From Eledone cirrhosa (Eukaryota), in assembly GCA_964016885.1 (NCBI GenBank), contig OZ024741.1, forward strand, positions 264,058,001 through 264,122,000: DNA of 64,000 nucleotides. The letters are read 5' to 3'. Position numbers and translations under genes: made by a program. Positions 55,461 through 64,000 of the stretch are shown piece by piece. Numbering within the stretch: position 1 is the stretch's first letter; each line of letters begins with the position of its first letter. The notes beneath the pieces are model-generated. The model made no database searches, was not told the origin of the DNA, and worked only from the letters and a program-made list of their open reading frames with translations.

Positions 55461-58400
55461 TGATCACCCAACTGGGAACTCCATGGTATATGAGTTCTGA
55501 GCTGGTATTTTACAGTCACAGATATGCTTTTAACTCTCCAGCCATTGACCAACGGGGACCACGATGGTATAAGAATTCTGAGCTGGTATTTTACAGACAC
55601 AGATCTCCTTTTACCTCTCCAGCCATTGACCAACTGGGACCTCCATGGTGTATGAGTTCTTAGCTGGTATTTTACAGACAGATATCCTTTTAACTCTCCA
55701 GCCATTGACCAACTGGGACCACCATGATGTATGAGTACTGAGCTGGTATTTTACAGACTCAGAGCTCCTTTTAACTCTCCAGCTATTGACCAACTGGGAC
55801 CTCCGTGGTATATGAGTTCTGAGCTGGTATTTTACAGACACAGATCTCCTTTTAACTCTCCAGCCATTGACCAACAGGGACCACCATGGTGTATGAGTAC
55901 TGAGGTGGTATTTTACAAACACAGATCTCGTTTTAACTCTCCAGCTATTGAACAACTGGGACCTCCATGGTGTATGAATACTGAGCTGGTATTTTACAGA
56001 CTCAGATCTCCTTTTAACTCTCCAGCTATTGACCAACTGGGACCTCCATGGTATATGAGTTCTGATCTGGTATTTTACAGACACAGATCTCCTTTTAACT
56101 CTCCAGCCATTGACCAACTAGGACCACCATGGTGTATGAGTACTGAGGTGCTATTTTACAGACACAGATCTCCTTTTAACTCTCCAGCTAATGACCAACC
56201 GGGACCTCCATGGTATATGATTTCTGAGCTTGTATTTTACAGACACAGATCTCCTTTTAACTCTCCAGCTATAGACCAACTGGGACCACCATGATGTATG
56301 AGTACTGAGCTGGTATTTTACAGACACAGAGCTCCTTTTAACTCTCCAGCTATTGACCAACTGGGACCACCATGGTATATAAGTTCTGAGCTGGTATTTT
56401 ACAGACACAGATCTGCTTTCAACTCTCCAGCCATTGACCAACTGTGACCACCATGATGTATGAGTATTGAGCTGGTAATTTACAGACACAAAGCTCCTTT
56501 TAACTCTCCAGCTATTGACCAACTGGGACCACCATGGTATATAAGTTCTGAGCTGGTATTTTACAGACACAGATCTCCTTTCAACTCTCCAGCCATTGAC
56601 CAATTGTGACCAACATGATGTATGAATACTGAGCTGGTATTTTACAGTCTCAGAGCTTTTTTTAACTCTCCAGCTATTGACCAACTGGGACCACCATGGT
56701 ATATAAGTTCTGAGCTGGTATTTTACAGACACAGATCTCCTTTTAACTCTCCAGCCATTGACCAACTGGTACCACCATGATGTATGAGTACTGAGCTGGT
56801 ATTTACAGACAGAGATCTCCTTTTAACTCTCCAGCTATTGACCAACTGGGACCTCCATGTTATATGAGTTCTAAGCTGGTACTTTACGGAAACAGATCTC
56901 CTTTTAACTCTCCAGCCATTGACCAACTGGGACCACCATGATGTATGTGTACTGAGCTGGTATTTTACAGACTCAGATCTCCTTTTAACTTTCCAGCTAT
57001 TGATCACCCAACTGGGAACTCCATGGTATATGAGTTCTGAGCTGGTATTTTACAGACACAGATATGCTTTTAACTCTCCAGCTATTGACCATCTGGGACA
57101 ACCGTGGTGTATGAGTACTGAGCTGGTATTTTACAGAGACAGATCTCCTTTTAACTCTCCAGCCATTGACCAACTGGGACCTCCATGGTGTATGAGTACT
57201 GAGCTGGTATTTTACAGACACAGATCTCCTTTAAACTCTCCAGCTATTGACCAACTGGGACCTCCATGGTATATGAGTTCTGAGCTGGTATTTTACAGAC
57301 ACAGATCTCCTTTTAACTCTCCAGCCATTGGCCAACTGGGACCACCATGGTATATGAGTTCTGAGCTGGTATTTTACAGACACAGATCTCCTTTTAACTC
57401 TCCAGCCATTGGCCAACTGGGACCACCATGGTATATGAGTTCTGAGCTGGTATTTTACAGACACAGATATGCTTTTAACTTTCCAGCCATTGACCAACTG
57501 GGACCACGATGGTAAAAGAATTCTGAGCTGGTATTTTACAGACACAGATCTACTTTTACCTCTCCAGCCATTGACCAACTGGGACCTCCATGGTGTATGA
57601 GTTCTTAGCTGGTATTTTACAGACTCAGAGCTCCTTTTAACTCTCCAGCTATTGACCAACTGGGACCACCATGGTATATAAGTTCTGAGCTGGTATTTTA
57701 CAGACACAGATCTCCTTTTAACTCTCCAGCTATTGACCAACTGGGACCACCATGGTGTATGAGTACTTTGCTGGTATTTTACTGACACAAATCTCCTTTT
57801 AACTCTCCAGCTATTGACCAACTGGGACCTCCATTGTGTATGAGTTCTGAGCTGGTATTTTACAGACACAGATCTCCTTTTAACTCTCCAGCCATTGACC
57901 AACTGGGACCACCATGATGCATGAGTACTGAGCTGGTATTTTACAGACTCAGAGCTTCTTTTAACTCTCCAGCTATTGACCAACTGGGACCACCATGGTA
58001 TATAATTTCTGAGCTGGTATTTTACAGATACAGATCTCCTTTTAACTCTCCAGCCATTGACCAACTGGGACCACCATGGTGTATGAGTACTGAGGTAGTA
58101 TTTTAGAGGCACATATCTCCTTTTAACTCTCCAGCCATTGACCAACTGGGACCACCATGATGTATGAGTACTGAGCTGGTTTTTTACAGACTCAGATCTC
58201 CTTTTAACTTTCCAGCTATTGATCACCCAACTGGGAACTCCATGTTATATGAGTTCTGAGCTGGTATTTTACAGACACAGATATGCTTTTAACTCTCCAG
58301 CCATTGACCAACTGGGACCATGATGGTATAAGAATTCTGAGCTGGTATTTTACAGACACAGATCTCCTTTTACCTCTCCAGCCATTGACCAACTGGGACC

Positions 58401-61400
58401 TCCATGGTGTATGAGTTCTTAGCTGGTATTTTACAGACAGATATCCTTTTAACTCTCCAGCCATTGACCAACTGGGACCACCATGATGTATGAGTACTGA
58501 GCTGGTATTTTACAGACTCAGAGCTCCTTTTAACTCTCCAGCTATTGACCAACTGGGACCTCCGTGGTATATGAGTTCTGAGCTGGTATTTTACAGACAC
58601 AGATCTCCTTTTAACTCTCCAGCCATTGACCAACAGGGACCACCATGGTGTATGAGTACTGAGGTGGTATTTTACAAACACAGATCTCGTTTTAACTCTC
58701 CAGCTATTGAACAACTGGGACCTCCATGGTGTATGAATACTGAGCTGGTATTTTACAGACTCAGATCTCCTTTTAACTCTCCAGCTATTGACCAACTGGG
58801 ACCTCCATGGTATATGAGTTCTGATTTGGTATTTTACAGACACAGATCTCCTTTTAACTCTCCAGCCATTGACCAACTAGGACCACCATGGTGTATGAGT
58901 ACTGAGGTGCTATTTTACAGACACAGATCTCCTTTTAACTCTCCAGCTAATGACCAACCGGGACCTCCATGGTATATGATTTCTGAGCTTGTATTTTACA
59001 GACACAGATCTCCTTTTAACTCTCCAGCTATAGACCAACTGGGACCACCATGATGTATGAGTACTGAGCTGGTATTTTACAGACACAGAGCTCCTTTTAA
59101 CTCTCCAGCTATTGACCAACTGGGACCACCATGGTATATAAGTTCTGAGCTGGTATTTTACAGACACAGATCTCCTTTCAACTCTCCAGCCATTGACCAA
59201 CTGTGACCACCATGATGTATGAGTATTGAGCTGGTAATTTACAGACACAAAGCTCCTTTTAACTCTCTAGCTATTGACCAACTGGGACCACCATGGTATA
59301 TAAGTTCTGAGCTGGTATTTTACAGACACAGATCTCCTTTCAACTCTCCAGCCATTGACCAATTGTGACCACCATGATGTATGAGTACTGAGCTGGTATT
59401 TTACAGTCTCAGAGCTTTTTTTAACTCTCCAGCTATTGACCAACTGGGACCACCATGGTATATAAGTTCTGAGCTGGTATTTTACAGACACAGATCTCCT
59501 TTTAACTCTCCAGCCATTGACCAACTGGTACCACCATGATGTATGAGTACTGAGCTGGTATTTACAGACAGAGATCTCCTTTTAACTCTCCAGCTATTGA
59601 CCAACTGGGACCTCCATGTTATATGAGTTCTAAGCTGGTACTTTACGGAAACAGATCTCCTTTTAACTCTCCAGCCATTGACTAACTGGGACCACCATGA
59701 TGTATGTGTACTGAGCTGGTATTTTACAGACTCAGATCTCCTTTTAACTTTCCAGCTATTGATCACCCAACTGGGAACTCCATGGTATATGAGTTCTGAG
59801 CTGGTATTTTACAGACACAGATATGCTTTTAACTCTCCAGCTATTGACCATCTGGGACAACCGTGGTGTATGAGTACTGAGCTGGTATTTTACAGACACA
59901 GATCTCCTTTTAACTCTCCAGCCATTGACCAACTGGGACCTCCATGGTGTATGAGTACTGAGCTGGTATTTTACAGACACAGATCTCCTTTAAACTCTCC
60001 AGCTATTGACCAACTGGGACCTCCATGGTATATGAGTTCTGAGCTGGTATTTTACAGACACAGATCTTCTTTTAATTCTCCAGCCATTGACCAACTGGGA
60101 GCACCATGGTGTATGAGTACTGAGCTGGTATTTTACAGACACAGCTCTCCTTTTAACTCTCCAGCTATTGACCAACTGGGACCTCCATGGTATATGAGTT
60201 CTGAGCTGGTATTTTACAGACACAGATCTCCTTTTAACTCTCCAGCCATTGGCCAACTGGGACCACCATGGTATATGAGTTCTGAGCTGGTATTTACAGA
60301 CACAGATCTCCTTTTAACTCTCCAGCCATTGGCCAACTGGGACCACCATGGTATATGAGTTCTGAGCTGGTATTTTACAGACACAGATATGCTTTTAACT
60401 CTCCAGCCATTGACCAACTGGGACCACGATGGTAAAAGAAATCTGAGCTGGTATTTTACAGACACAGATCTACTTTTACCTCTCCAGCCATTGACCAACT
60501 GGGACCTCCATGGTGTATGAGTTCTTAGCTGGTATTTTACAGACTCAGAGCTCCTTTTAACTCTCCAGCTATTGACCAACTGGGACCACCATGGTATATA
60601 AGTTCTGAGCTGGTATTTTACAGACACAGATCTCCTTTTAACTCTCCAGCTATTGACCAACTGGGACCACCATGGTGTATGAGTACTTTGCTGGTATTTT
60701 ACTGACACAAATCTCCTTTTAACTCTCCAGCTATTGACCAACTGGGACCTCCATGGTGTATGAGTTCTGAGCTGGTATTTTACAGACACAGATCTCCTTT
60801 TAACTCTCCAGCCATTGACCAACTGGGACCACCATGATGCATGAGTACTGAGCTGGTATTTTACAGACTCAGAGCTTCTTTTAACTCTCCAGCTATTGAC
60901 CAACTGGGACCACCATGGTATATAATTTCTGAGCTGGTATTTTACAGACACAGATCTCCTTTTAACTCTCCAGCCATTGACCAACTGGGACCACCATGGT
61001 GTATGAGTACTGAGGTAGAATTTTAGAGGCACATATCTCCTTTTAACTCTCCAGCCATTGACCAACTGGGACCACCATGATGTATGAGTACTGAGCTGGT
61101 TTTTTACAGACTCAGATCTCCTTTTAACTTTCCAGCTATTGATAACCCAACTGGGAACTCCATGTTATATGAGTTCTGAGCTGGTATTTTACAGACACAG
61201 ATATGCTTTTAACTCTCCAGCCATTGACCAACTGGGACCAAGATGGTATAAGAATTCTGAGCTGGTATTTTACAGACACAGATCTCCTTTTACCTCTCCA
61301 GCCATTGACCAACTGGGACCTCCATGGTGTATGAGTTCTTAGCTGGTATTTTACAGACACAGATATCCTTTTAACTCTCCAGCCATTGACCAACTGGGAC

Positions 61401-64000
61401 CACCATGATGTATGAGTACTGAGCTGGTATTTTACAGACTCAGAGCTCCTTTTAACTCTCCAGTTATTGACCAACTGGGACCTGCGTGGTATATGAGTTC
61501 TGAGCTGGTATTTTACAGACACAGATCTCCTTTTAACTCTTCAGCCATTGACCAACTGGGACCACCATGGTATATGAGTTCTGAGCTGGTATCTTACAGA
61601 CACGGATCTCCTTTTAACTCTCCAGCCATTGACCAACAGGGACCACCATGGTGTATGAGTACTGAGGTGCTATTTTACAGACACAGATCTCCTTTTAACT
61701 CTCCAGCTATTGACCAGCTTGGACCTCCATGGTATATGATTTCTGAGCTGGTATTTTACAGACACAGATCTTTTAACTCTCCAGCCATTGAGCAATTGGG
61801 ACCACCATGATGTAAGAGTACTGAGCTGGTATTTTACAGACACAGATCTCCCTTTAACTCTCCAGCCATTGACCAACTGGGACCACCAGGGTGTATGAGT
61901 ACTGAGCTGGTATTTTACAGACAGAGATCTCCTTTTAACTCTCCACCCATTGGCCAACTGGGACCACCATGGTTTATGAGTTCTGAGCTGGTATTTTACA
62001 GACACAGATCCCCTTTTAACTCTCCAGCCATTGGCCAACTGGGACCACCATGGTATATGAGTTCTGAGCTGGTATTTTACAGACACAGATCTTCTTTTAA
62101 TTCTCCAGCCATTGACCAACTGGGACCACCATGATGTATGAGTACTGAGCTCGTATTTTACAGACACAGAGCTCCTTTTAACTCTCCAGCTATTGACCAA
62201 CTGGGACCACCATGGTATATAAGTTCTGAGCTGGTATTTTACAGACACAGATCTCCTTTCAACTCTCCAGCCATTGACCAACTGTGACCACCATGATGTA
62301 TGAATACTGAGCTGGTATTTTACAGTCTCAGAGCTTTTTTTAACTCTCCAGCTATTGACCAACTGGGACCACAATGGTATATAAGTTCTGAGCTGGTATT
62401 TTACAGACACAGATCTCCTTTTAACTCTCCAGCCATTGACCAACTGGGACCACCATGATGTATGAGTACTGAGCTGGTATTTACAGACTCAGATCTCCTT
62501 TTAACTTTCCAGCTATTGATCACCCAACTGGGAACTCCATGGTATATGAGTTCTGAGCTGGTATTTTACAGTCACAGATATGCTTTTGACTCTCCAGCCA
62601 TTGACCAACGGGGACCACGATGGTATAAGAATTCTGAGCTGGTATTTTACAGACACAGATCTCCTTTTACCTCTCCAGCCATTGACCAACTGGGACCTCC
62701 ATGGTGTATGAGTTCTTAGCTGGTATTTTACAGACAGATATCCTTTTAACTCTCCAGCCATTGACCAACTGGGACCACCATGATGTATGAGTACTGAGCT
62801 GGTATTTTACAGACTCAGAGCTCCTTTTAACTCTCCAGCTATTGACCAACTGGGACCTCCGTGGTATATGAGTTCTGAGCTGGTATTTTACAGACACAGA
62901 TCTCCTTTTAACTCTCCAGCCATTGACCAACAGGGACCACCATGGTGTATGAGTAATGAGGTGGTATTTTACAAACACAGATCTCGTTTTAACTCTCCAG
63001 CTATTGAACAACTGGGACCTCCATGGTGTATGAATACTGAGCTGGTATTTTACAGACTCAGATCTCCTTTTAACTCTCCAGCTATTGACCAACTGGGACC
63101 TCCATGGTATATGAGTTCTGATCTGGTATTTTACAGACACAGATCTCCTTTTAACTCTCCAGCCATTGACCAACTAGGACCACCATGGTGTATGAGTACT
63201 GAGGTGCTATTTTACAGACACAGATCTCCTTTTAACTCTCCAGCTAATGACCAACCGGGACCTCCATGGTATATGATTTCTGAGCTTGTATTTTACAGAC
63301 ACAGATCTCCTTTTAACTCTCCAGCTATAGACCAACTGGGACCACCATGATGTATGAGTACTGAGCTGGTATTTTACAGACACAGAGCTCCTTTTAACTC
63401 TCCAGCTATTGACCAACTGGGACCACCATGGTATATAAGTTCTGAGCTGGTATTTTACAGACACAGATCTCCTTTCAACTCTCCAGCCATTGACCAACTG
63501 TGACCACCATGATGTATGAGTATTGAGCTGGTAATTTACAGACACAAAGCTCCTTTTAACTCTCCAGCTATTGACCAACTGGGACCACCATGGTATATAA
63601 GTTCTGAGCTGGTATTTTACAGACACAGATCTCCTTTCAACTCTCCAGCCATTGACCAATTGTGACCACCATGATGTATGAGTACTGAGCTGGTATTTTA
63701 CAGTCTCAGAGCTTTTTTTAACTCTCCAGCTATTGACCAACTGGGACCACCATGGTATATAAGTTCTGAGCTGGTATTTTACAGACACATATCTCCTTTT
63801 AACTCTCCAGCCATTGACCAACTGGTACCACCATGATGTATGAGTACTGAGCTGGTATTTACAGACAGAGATCTCCTTTTAACTCTCCAGCTATTGACCA
63901 ACTGGGACCTCCATGTTATATGAGTTCTAAGCTGGTACTTTACGGAAACAGATCTCCTTTTAACTCTCCAGCCATTGACCAACTGGGACCACCATGATGT
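55460..64000. repeat. 34-monomer HOR (2759 bp) x ~2, followed by a 25-mer-type block and a third partial copy
   Basis: ORFs 55611/58370, 55731/58490 and 56723/59482 are offset by 2759=34x81+8-2-1. ORFs 54242/61136 and 54518/61412 are offset by 6894. ORFs 55457/62513 and 55731/62787 are offset by 7056. Confidence 0.88.

Larger units (their letters stand above)
1..64000. repeat. Satellite DNA array, 81-bp monomer, ~790 head-to-tail copies, extends beyond both window ends
   Basis: TTGACCAACTGGGAC recurs at 1, 82, 163 and so on to the end of the window. ORF translations repeat every 27 aa. Orientation is single throughout. The monomer carries AGATCT (BglII), usually CCATGG (NcoI) and often AGTACT (ScaI). 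No non-repeat sequence seen. Confidence 0.99.

Noticed and set aside
1-64000. CRISPR array
   Set aside because: No unique spacers: the whole 81 bp is repeated with only point variants. No leader or cas genes.
1-64000. Embedded transposon, inversion or unique island within the array
   Set aside because: Reading through the window and the ORF track showed only monomer-derived sequence in one orientation. The largest non-monomer-unit indels noticed are +4 and -3 bp.

Overview
The whole 64 kb window is one uninterrupted, head-to-tail tandem array of an 81-bp monomer (about 790 copies, about 43-46% GC, no CpG in the consensus). The consensus is TTGACCAACTGGGACC(A/T)CCATG(G/A)T(G/A)TATGAGT(A/T)CTGAG(C/G)TGGTATTTTACAGACACAGATCTCCTTTTAACTCTCCAGC(C/T)A. 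It looks like eukaryotic satellite DNA. I cannot name the family or organism, and neither array boundary lies in the window. I found no gene, RNA gene, transposon, inversion or CRISPR spacer. All ORFs in the track are by-products of a 27-codon monomer with two antiparallel near-open frames. The real structure is hierarchical: (i) two linked monomer haplotypes (A/B) that often alternate, suggesting an ancestral 162-bp dimer; (ii) several local higher-order repeats (HORs) of different size (23-, 38-, 32/31-, 37-, 25- and 34-mer), whose lengths equal n x 81 plus visible marker indels; (iii) a left-to-right turnover of diagnostic variants, including a 4-bp insertion found only beyond 44.3 kb. The most unusual observation is that the common polymorphisms look codon-structured in one frame (GCC/GCT, CCA/CCT, TGG/TGA), hinting at a possible coding ancestry. 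That idea is unproven, and frameshifts argue against present-day coding.
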